A DNA stretch of 64,000 bases, taken from NCBI GenBank assembly GCA_040386315.1, contig JAZKFS010000017.1:19251-83250 (forward strand), given 5' to 3'. The position numbers and the translations under genes were made by a program. Source of the DNA: Bacteroidota bacterium. Its GTDB lineage: Bacteria > Bacteroidota > Ignavibacteria > Kapaibacteriales > DASPKH01. Shown piece after piece: positions 49,499-57,387 of this stretch. The notes under the pieces were generated by a model. That model was not told the origin of the DNA, did not search any database, and saw only the letters and a program-made list of their open reading frames with translations. Positions within the stretch are counted from its first letter, which is position 1, and each line of letters begins with the position of its first letter.

Positions 49499-50555
49499 CG
49501 TAAAAACGCTGTATGATGAAGCGGTGGAACTGCTGCAAAATCTTATCGCAATTCCGTCCTTCAGCCGCGAAGAAAACCTGACTGCCGACCTGCTGGAAAA
49601 CTTTTTAAAAAGGAAAAATATCGAGGTTGAGCGCAAGGGAAATAATGTGTGGGCGCGGAATAAATATTTTGATGTTTTAAAACCGACGATCCTTTTAAAC
49701 TCGCATCACGACACGGTCAAGCCAAATCCTGCGTACACGCTGGACCCATTTACCCCAATTGTAAAAGACGGAAAATTATACGGCCTGGGAAGCAATGATG
49801 CGGGCGCTTCGCTTGTGTCGCTTTTGGCAACATTCCTGTACTTTTTTAAAAAGGAATATCTCTCACATAATTTCATTTTTGCAGCAAGCGCGGAAGAGGA
49901 AATTTCGGGTGCAAATGGCATTGAATCCATTATTTCCGAGCTTGGAAAAATTGACCTCGCTATCATCGGCGAGCCAACGCAGATGCACCTTGCGATTGCC
50001 GAAAAAGGTTTACTCGTGCTGGACTGCATTGCTCACGGGAAAGCCGGACACGCCGCGCGCGAGGAAGGCGACAATGCGATTTACAAAGCTTTAAAAGATA
50101 TTGAGTGGTTTCGCACGTTTCAATTTCCGAACGTTTCTGAAGCGCTCGGGCCTGTGAAAATGACGGTGACGGTGGTTCAGGCGGGCGCCCAGCACAACGT
50201 CGTTCCGGCGGAATGTCGCTTTACGGTGGATGTTCGCTGCACGGACGCGTATTCGCACGAGGATGTTTTAAAAATTATCCGCGAGCACGTCAGCGCCGAA
50301 GTTCAGCCGCGTTCCATGCGTTTAAAACCGTCGTCCATTCCGAAAGAACATCCGTTCGTGCAGGTGGGAATTGCTTTAAAAAGAAAAACTTATGGCTCGC
50401 CGACGACATCCGATCAGGCGCTCATGCCGTACACGTCGGTGAAAATCGGGCCTGGTGATTCTGCGCGCTCGCACACGTCGGACGAGTTTGTTTTCCTGCA
50501 TGAAATTGAGGAAGGAATTTCGCTCTATATTCAGCTAATTTCTGCGATCCTTTAA
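49458..50555 (+). CDS. argE: M20-family deacylase (acetylornithine deacetylase / succinylornithine desuccinylase)
   Basis: HHDTV, GSNDAGAS, GEPT and E/H metal-ligand pattern; overlaps the argB 3' end. Confidence 0.75.
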   Translation: MSKMKMQQQNLSPDVKTLYDEAVELLQNLIAIPSFSREENLTADLLENFLKRKNIEVERKGNNVWARNKYFDVLKPTILLNSHHDTVKPNPAYTLDPFTPIVKDGKLYGLGSNDAGASLVSLLATFLYFFKKEYLSHNFIFAASAEEEISGANGIESIISELGKIDLAIIGEPTQMHLAIAEKGLLVLDCIAHGKAGHAAREEGDNAIYKALKDIEWFRTFQFPNVSEALGPVKMTVTVVQAGAQHNVVPAECRFTVDVRCTDAYSHEDVLKIIREHVSAEVQPRSMRLKPSSIPKEHPFVQVGIALKRKTYGSPTTSDQALMPYTSVKIGPGDSARSHTSDEFVFLHEIEEGISLYIQLISAIL

Positions 50556-50594
50556 AACTTTAAAAACTCCTTTTAAAACCATCACATTTTAAAA

Positions 50595-51859
50595 ATGAAA
50601 CTCTGGCAAAAAGAAACGTCGGCTGCAAATGATTTCGCTGCAATAATCGAAGAATTCACCGTCGGGAAAGACCGAGAACTTGACCTTTTGCTTGCAGAAC
50701 ACGACGTGATTGGTTCACTCGCGCACACGCAAATGCTGGAGAGTATTGGCCTGCTGACAAGCGCAGAATTGACAGAAATCCACCGCGAACTGAACGCAAT
50801 TTTAAAAGAAATCCGTGCGGGAAATTTTAATTTATGCTCACGCAGCGCATCGGCGACGTGGGCAAAAAAATCCACAGCGGACGTTCGCGCAATGACCAGG
50901 TTTTACTTGATATAAAGCTGTTTTTGCGCGCCGCGCTTTTAAAAATGTCGCAGGAAATTAATGCACTGTTTTTAAAACTTTTGGAATTAAGCGAAGCGCA
51001 CAAAGACGCGCTGCTGCCGGGTTACACGCATTTCCAGATCGCAATGCCGTCGTCGTTTGGGCTGTGGTTTGGCGCGTATGCCGAGGGCCTGGTGGACGAT
51101 ATGGAATTCGTGCAGGCGGCGTATAATATATGCGACAAAAACCCGCTCGGTTCCGGCGCGGGCTACGGTTCGTCCTTCCCACTGAACCGCGAAATGACGA
51201 CGGAGCTGATGTCTTTTAAAAGCATGAATCACAACGTCGTGTATGCGCAAATGACGCGCGGCAAAAGCGAAAAATCCGTTGCCATGGCGCTCTCATCCGT
51301 TGCCGCGACGCTTTCAAAATTTGCGTACGACGTGTGCCTGTACATGAGCCAGAACTTCGGTTTTATCACGTTCCCAGACGAACTCACGACCGGCTCCAGC
51401 ATCATGCCGCACAAAAAAAATCCCGATGTTTTCGAGCTCATCCGCGCAAAATGCAACCGCATCCAGGCGCTGCCGAACGAGCTCACGCTGCTCATCAACA
51501 ACCTGCCCAGCGGCTACCACCGCGACATGCAGCTCACAAAAGAAATCCTCTTTCCCGCACTTGCCGATATGCACGCGTGCCTGCGCGTCGCCGAATTTAT
51601 GCTCCGCCACATAATCGTGAAAAATGACATCCTCAGCGACGAAAAATACGCGCATCTTTTCAGCGTCGAGCGCGTGAACGAGCTGGTTTTAAAAGGCACC
51701 CCATTCCGCGACGCCTACCGCATAGTTGGGCAGGAAATCGCCGACGGCACTTTTAAAACGCAACCCACCGTCAACCACACGCACACCGGCAGCATCGGTA
51801 ATTTGGGCAACGATCAGATCAAAAAATCAATGGAAAAATTCGCCCATCTCACAAAGTAA
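50595..51859 (+). pseudogene. argH: Argininosuccinate lyase disrupted by an internal deletion/frameshift (ORFs 50595..50915 and 50834..51859)
   Basis: N-terminal ORF matches the ArgH start (MKLWQKE…LAHTQMLESIGLL…). The second ORF carries GKKIHSGRSRNDQV and the fumarate-lyase signature (GSSIMPHKKNPD). About 12-14 residues expected before …LTQRIGDVG are missing and the frame shifts. Confidence 0.8.
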
Positions 51860-52025
51860 AATTCCTTTTAAAAACACATACTTTTAAAAAGAATTCTTTG
51901 TGTTCGGTCGTACTTCATTCCGGCAGCAATGGGCGGTCACCCTTGCCGTCCGAGCAGTTGTTTTTTAGACTCGTTGCATTATCAAATTTTAAAGTATATT
52001 TACTTTTTTTAAATCTGCAAATATT

Positions 52026-52223
52026 ATGGAATCTCCTCAACCTAAAAAAAGAAATAAATATCTTAAGAATATAGGTATAGCATTGATAATGATAGGTTCA
52101 GTGATGTGCATAAATCCTTATTGGTGGCTATTTGCCGTACCAATTTTAATTATTGGAATTATCCTTAATAGCCTCTCAAAACCAAGTTCCAGAAAATACA
52201 CAGGCAGGTTATATGAAAATTAA
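52026..52223 (+). CDS. Small membrane protein, hypothetical
   Basis: 65-aa ORF with two hydrophobic helices. Confidence 0.3.
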   Translation: MESPQPKKRNKYLKNIGIALIMIGSVMCINPYWWLFAVPILIIGIILNSLSKPSSRKYTGRLYEN

Positions 52224-52280
52224 GAAATCCAAGATAATTTAAGATTGCTGATATTAGTTACCTATTTAAAAAATATATAA

Positions 52281-52862
52281 TTGGACACATCCTTACTTTT
52301 AAAAGAATTTCAAGCGCGCACGAATATCACAAGCGAAGAATTCGAGCAATATCTTGCGCTGTGCGAGCCGCGCCGTTTTAAAAAGAACGAGATAATAATG
52401 CAGGCGGGCGATATTCCGAAGTTCACACTTTTTGTTGTAAGCGGATGTCTGCGGCAATATTACGTGAGCGCGGAAGGCGTCGAGCGGATCATCTATTTTG
52501 CCGAGGAGCGCTGGTGGGCGGGCGACCTGCTGAGTATGCGCAATGGCACACCGACCGAACTCAACCTGCAAGCGCTCGAAGCCACCGACACGCTCACAAT
52601 CAGCAAAGAAAACTGGGAATACGCTTTTAAAAACTTCCCGTGGTACGCCGAGCTGCACATAAAAGGGCAGCAACGCTGGAACGGTAAAATGCAAAATCAA
52701 CTGGGACAATCGCTCGCCGACTCGCCGGAAACGAAATATCTCCGGCTTTTAAAAGAACGCCCGAAGTTGCTCCAACGCGTGCCGCAATACCACATCGCCA
52801 CGTATCTCGGCATCACTCCCGAAACGCTCAGCCGCATCCGCAAAAAGATTTCTTTAAAATGA
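52281..52862 (+). CDS. Crp/Fnr-family transcriptional regulator
   Basis: cNMP-binding beta-roll followed by a C-terminal HTH (VPQYHIATYLGITPETLSRIRKK). Confidence 0.8.
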   Translation: MDTSLLLKEFQARTNITSEEFEQYLALCEPRRFKKNEIIMQAGDIPKFTLFVVSGCLRQYYVSAEGVERIIYFAEERWWAGDLLSMRNGTPTELNLQALEATDTLTISKENWEYAFKNFPWYAELHIKGQQRWNGKMQNQLGQSLADSPETKYLRLLKERPKLLQRVPQYHIATYLGITPETLSRIRKKISLK

Positions 52863-52879
52863 GAGTTTTTAAAAACTTC

Positions 52880-52893
52880 TTGACCAAAGTCAA
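52880..52893. promoter_or_regulatory. Perfect 14-bp palindrome TTGACcaaaGTCAA, candidate Crp/Fnr-type operator
   Basis: Lies between the Crp/Fnr gene stop and the first small paralog, about 70 bp upstream of its ATG. Confidence 0.4.
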
Positions 52894-52965
52894 TGACTTT
52901 CACCTCGTAAAAGCGGTAAGTTTGCCTATCAGTTATTTTTAAAAACATTTTTAAAAGGAATAATC

Positions 52966-53232
52966 ATGGCAACAACGACAATTGTGCAAACCGAAGTACC
53001 AAACTACGATGAATGGCGTAGAGGCTTTGACGGCAACGAGCAGAAACGCGCCAACGCGGGAATTTTCATCCAGGGCGTGTACCGCGATGTGGATAATAGA
53101 AATAAAGTTACGGTAATTTCAAAAGCAGAAAGTGTGGAAGCTGCAAAGAATTTTTTCCAGAGCTCCGCATGGAGCGCAGCGATGGAAAAATCCGGCAAAA
53201 CCGCACATGTGATGATCCTCGAAACTACGTAG
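52966..53232 (+). CDS. Small conserved hypothetical protein (88 aa), tandem paralog A
   Basis: Shares Y(D)EWRxGFD…RDVDNxNxVTVI…S.E.A..F motifs with the next ORF. Confidence 0.55.
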   Translation: MATTTIVQTEVPNYDEWRRGFDGNEQKRANAGIFIQGVYRDVDNRNKVTVISKAESVEAAKNFFQSSAWSAAMEKSGKTAHVMILETT

Positions 53233-53315
53233 AAAAATACGTACCATAATTCAAAAACATAAAGTGTAAATTTGCTCACTAATATTTTTAAAACTTTTCA
53301 CCGGAGAACACTACA

Positions 53316-53585
53316 ATGGCAGTAACAACAATCCTCACACACGACGTAAAAAACTATGACGAATGGCGCACAGGCTTTGACGCACACGAGCCGGTTCGCG
53401 CAGAAGCTGGCTTCAATATCAAATCCGTACACAGAGATGTGGATAATCCAAACCGCGTAACCGTCATCGCTGAAGCTACAAGCGAAGAGCATGCAAAAAC
53501 TTTTATTGGTAATCCCGGCCTGAAAGCCGCTATGGACAGCCTAGGCGTTTCCAACTTGAACTACAGCATTCTCAATAAAGCGTAA
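53316..53585 (+). CDS. Small conserved hypothetical protein (89 aa), tandem paralog B
   Basis: About 45% identical to 52966..53232. Confidence 0.55.
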   Translation: MAVTTILTHDVKNYDEWRTGFDAHEPVRAEAGFNIKSVHRDVDNPNRVTVIAEATSEEHAKTFIGNPGLKAAMDSLGVSNLNYSILNKA

Positions 53586-53615
53586 GATTTCTTTTCAAAG
53601 AAATTCTTTCTAAAA

Positions 53616-53646
53616 AGGGCTTAGCAATAAGCCCTTTTTTTGTTTT
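53616..53646 (+). terminator. Rho-independent terminator agggctta-gcaa-taagccct plus T7
   Basis: Perfect 8-bp stem with tetraloop, then tttttttg. Confidence 0.7.
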
Positions 53647-53764
53647 TAAAAACCACTTTTCGGGAACTTCCATTTCATTTTAAAACTTTCCTCTTGATTG
53701 GCAATTACCTCTGCTAATTTCTTTTCTCGCAACTTTTTATTCATTCCATTACATAGAGATAGCT

Positions 53765-55903
53765 ATGGCGAAAAAAAATGAAAAACCCGCAACTGATAAT
53801 AAGAAAGTTCGCGATTTGGCGGTCAATACTGAGGAGAGTTCAGGCGAATTCCTAACAACGAATCAGGGCGTGCGCATTAATGACAACCAGAATTCTTTAA
53901 AAGCTGGCGAGCGCGGCCCAACGCTGCTGGAAGATTTTATTTTCCGTGAGAAAATGACGCATTTCGACCACGAGCGTATTCCGGAGCGTATTGTTCATGC
54001 GCGTGGTGCGGCGGCGCACGGATTTTTCCAGGTGTATGAGTCTATGGCAAAATACACGAAAGCGGGATTTCTGCAAGACCCATCTTTAAAAACACCTGTT
54101 TTTGTGCGGTTCTCGACTGTTGCGGGTTCGCGCGGCTCAACTGATTTGGCTCGCGATGCGCGTGGTTTTGCTGTGAAATTTTATACCGAAGAAGGAAATT
54201 ATGATCTTGTGGGAAATAATATCCCGGTCTTTTTTATCCAGGATGCGATGAAATTTCCCGACCTTGTTCATGCTGTAAAACCCGAGCCGCATAATGAAAT
54301 TCCGCAGGCGGCGGCGGCGCACGATACATTCTGGGATTTTATTTCGCTTATGCCCGAGTCTATGCACATGATCTTCTGGGCGATGAGCGACCGTGCTATT
54401 CCGCGCAGCTACCGCATGATGGAGGGTTTTGGCGTTCACACGTTCCGATTCATCAATGAGGAAGGCAAAGGCCGTTTTGTAAAATTCCACTGGAAGCCGC
54501 TTTTGGGTGTGCATTCAGTCATGTGGGACGAAGCGACACGTATTTCCGGCAAAGACCCTGATTTCCACCGTCGCGACCTGTGGGAAGCAATTGAAAATGG
54601 CGATTTTCCTGAATATGAGCTGGGCGTGCAAATCGTGGAGGAAGATGACGAGCACAAGTTTGAATTCGACCTGCTCGACCCGACGAAAATCATTCCCGAA
54701 GAGCTCGTTCCTGTGCAGCGCATCGGCAAAATGACGCTGAATCGCAATCCGGACAACTTTTTTGCTGAAACTGAGCAGGTTGCATATCATCCCGGACACG
54801 TCGTTCCCGGTATTGATTTTACGAATGACCCGCTCTTGCAGGGACGGCTATTTTCCTATGTAGATACGCAGCTGAAGCGCCTCGGCGGGCCAAACTTCCA
54901 TGAAATTCCTATCAACCGTCCTGTAGCGCCAGTGCATAATAACCAGCGCGACGGCCACATGCGCCAGACAATCAATAAAGGCAAAACTGCATACGACCCG
55001 AACACAATTTCAAGCGGCTGCCCGTTCCAAGCGAAAGCGGCGCAGGGCGGTTTCGTGAGCCATACAGAACGAATTGACGCGCAGAAAATCCGTGCCCGTA
55101 GCGATAGTTTCCGCGACCATTTCAGCCAGGCGACGCTTTTTTATAACAGCCAAGCGGAACATGAAAAAAATCATATCGTAGACGCTTTTAGCTTTGAGCT
55201 AGGCAAGGTGGAATCTGTAGAAATCCGCCAGCGTATGATTGGATTAATTTCACAGGTGGATAAAGCCCTGGCGAAAAAAGTTGCGGATAAGCTCGGGCTG
55301 GATGTTTTAAAACCGGAAGAGCCAATGAACCGTTCATTCGGCGCCGATACCGACCCGAAATCTGTTCAGCCGGTAAAAGCAAAATCTTCGATTAAAGAAT
55401 CTGCCGCGTTGAGTATGGACAATACGAAAAAAGATTCCATCAAAACACGGAAAGTCGCTGCGCTGATCGCTGATGGCTTCAACGGCGACGAACTGAACGC
55501 AATGAAAAAAGCTTTAAAAGCAGAAGGCGCAATGCTGAAAACCGTTGCAACGCGGCTCGGCATGATAAAAAGCGCAAGCGGAGAAGAAGTAAAAGCCGAT
55601 TTTAGCTTTTTCACAACGGCTTCTGTTTTATTTGATGCAGTGTACGTGCCGGGCGGCGCTAAAAGCATCACGGCTTTAAAAGGCGAAGCCGACGCGTATC
55701 ATTTCGTTGACGAAGCTTTTAAACATTGCAAAGCGATCGCTGCAACAAGCGAAGGCGCAGACTTTATCGCTGATACATTTGCCGGAAAAGCAAAAGATGA
55801 TAAAGCGGTCATTATAGGAAAAAACATCGAAAAAGATTTTATAAAAGCAATTGCTCAGCATCGCAATTGGGAACGCGAAAAAGCGAGAAAAATCCCGGCG
55901 TAG
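53765..55903 (+). CDS. katE: Large-subunit catalase HPII with C-terminal DJ-1/PfpI-like domain
   Basis: FDHERIPERIVHARGAAAHGFF catalase signature, heme-pocket motifs, 712 aa. Confidence 0.9.
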   Translation: MAKKNEKPATDNKKVRDLAVNTEESSGEFLTTNQGVRINDNQNSLKAGERGPTLLEDFIFREKMTHFDHERIPERIVHARGAAAHGFFQVYESMAKYTKAGFLQDPSLKTPVFVRFSTVAGSRGSTDLARDARGFAVKFYTEEGNYDLVGNNIPVFFIQDAMKFPDLVHAVKPEPHNEIPQAAAAHDTFWDFISLMPESMHMIFWAMSDRAIPRSYRMMEGFGVHTFRFINEEGKGRFVKFHWKPLLGVHSVMWDEATRISGKDPDFHRRDLWEAIENGDFPEYELGVQIVEEDDEHKFEFDLLDPTKIIPEELVPVQRIGKMTLNRNPDNFFAETEQVAYHPGHVVPGIDFTNDPLLQGRLFSYVDTQLKRLGGPNFHEIPINRPVAPVHNNQRDGHMRQTINKGKTAYDPNTISSGCPFQAKAAQGGFVSHTERIDAQKIRARSDSFRDHFSQATLFYNSQAEHEKNHIVDAFSFELGKVESVEIRQRMIGLISQVDKALAKKVADKLGLDVLKPEEPMNRSFGADTDPKSVQPVKAKSSIKESAALSMDNTKKDSIKTRKVAALIADGFNGDELNAMKKALKAEGAMLKTVATRLGMIKSASGEEVKADFSFFTTASVLFDAVYVPGGAKSITALKGEADAYHFVDEAFKHCKAIAATSEGADFIADTFAGKAKDDKAVIIGKNIEKDFIKAIAQHRNWEREKARKIPA

Positions 55904-55926
55904 TTTTTAAAAGAAATTAGTTTTTA

Positions 55927-55965
55927 AAAAGGTCAGTCTTTTAAAAAAGGGCTGGCCTTTTTTGT
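55927..55965 (+). terminator. Terminator-like hairpin (aaggtcag…ctggcctt) plus T-run after katE
   Basis: 8-bp stem with one G·U pair, then ttttttgttttt. Confidence 0.5.
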
Positions 55966-56194
55966 TTTTAGAAGGTTCTAAGTAATCGCTTTTTTTGTAT
56001 TTACCCCGGATATATCTTCTGCATTTCTCGCATTCCTGCTAGATCTTCTCCCAAATCGCGATGTAAAAAACTATCTTCTTTTTTAAAAACTCATGAGTAT
56101 TTTTTGAGTAAGGTGAGCACGAAGTAATCCCTATACTTTTGCATGAAAGAAAGACGGCTTTTAAAACCTTTTTAAAAAGTAACGGAGAGAATGT

Positions 56195-57307
56195 ATGAAA
56201 AAGCAAATGTACAAACGCGGATTGGCAGGAGTGGCGATGTGGATAGTGCTTACCTTTGGAGTGCAGATTGTGTCGGCGAATACAGTGGAATATGCGCATG
56301 TTTTTGTGCCGGATAGAGCACATGGTGCTACGTATGACCGCACACGCTATGAGCAGACGTGGGGGAGTTTTACTGCCGTATATCCAAAGGATATTCCGGG
56401 ATACGGGATTGATCAGAACATAACAGACGGGCGGATTGTCTATAATGGAAATCGCTATCGTATGCCGTTTTTAAACGGATATGACCACGTTGTAGGAATT
56501 GCCGGGCACCTGACGGACATGCTGGACAGAGTAGAAATTGTAGTGAATGGAAATGTCGTTCGCACGATCCGTAAATCAGCACTGCTGTATAGCGGCGCTA
56601 CGAAGCGCGATCATCCGGAAACCCGCGAGCAGCAGAGAAAAGGGATGGTGGCTTTTAAGGTCAATAAAGCCGATCTGCCAAACCTGAACGAGGATTTTCA
56701 GATACGTATTCGCTTTGCAGTGGAGGTAGCGGGTTTTGACAAATTGGATTGCAAGGTCGTACACGGGAGCGGGCAGATTAAAAGTATGCACTGGACAACG
56801 TATAACGGAGCCGAGCTACCCGAAATCATTTCAAGGCCTAATAAATATAATGGATATAAAACCAACTGTAGTCCTAACCGCTTATATAATTTGCGCATGA
56901 TAATTATGAAAGCGCCGCAAAGTATACAGGTAGGAGATGGCATCAATAAAAAGATTCTGGAGCGTAATGTTACAAATTTCCGAAAAATTGAAGGAACGAG
57001 AATGATGGATACGGTTGATGTGACATTTACCGAGAAGTATGTCAGCATGGTTGAATCTGAAATGGGTGAAGATCCCGAAAGATTTGTACTGTTGTGTGAT
57101 GGCGAAGTGGGTAATATTCCCGGTGGATGGGGAAGCTATATTTATATGAGTATTGCTGATAATCTTTCCGGTTCTACCGGGCCGAATGGGTATCAGACAA
57201 ATTTGACAGGGCTTAATTTATGTGGCGAAGCTGGTGGAACAGTTGCCCCACCAAGACAGATACGAAGCAAAAATAACAATCTGGATTCAACAGGATGCGT
57301 ACCATAA
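56195..57307 (+). CDS. Hypothetical secreted protein (370 aa)
   Basis: Signal peptide; no recognisable domain. Confidence 0.5.
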   Translation: MKKQMYKRGLAGVAMWIVLTFGVQIVSANTVEYAHVFVPDRAHGATYDRTRYEQTWGSFTAVYPKDIPGYGIDQNITDGRIVYNGNRYRMPFLNGYDHVVGIAGHLTDMLDRVEIVVNGNVVRTIRKSALLYSGATKRDHPETREQQRKGMVAFKVNKADLPNLNEDFQIRIRFAVEVAGFDKLDCKVVHGSGQIKSMHWTTYNGAELPEIISRPNKYNGYKTNCSPNRLYNLRMIIMKAPQSIQVGDGINKKILERNVTNFRKIEGTRMMDTVDVTFTEKYVSMVESEMGEDPERFVLLCDGEVGNIPGGWGSYIYMSIADNLSGSTGPNGYQTNLTGLNLCGEAGGTVAPPRQIRSKNNNLDSTGCVP

Positions 57308-57387
57308 ATCTTAGATAAAAAAAACACTTTTCCGGATGCAATGATAATCACTTGTGTAAATTTTTAAAAACATAACAGGCCATCACC

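Noticed and set aside
51229-51699. Several 60-110-aa ORFs on both strands inside argH
   Set aside because: High-GC antisense or out-of-frame artefacts within a confidently identified, if disrupted, gene
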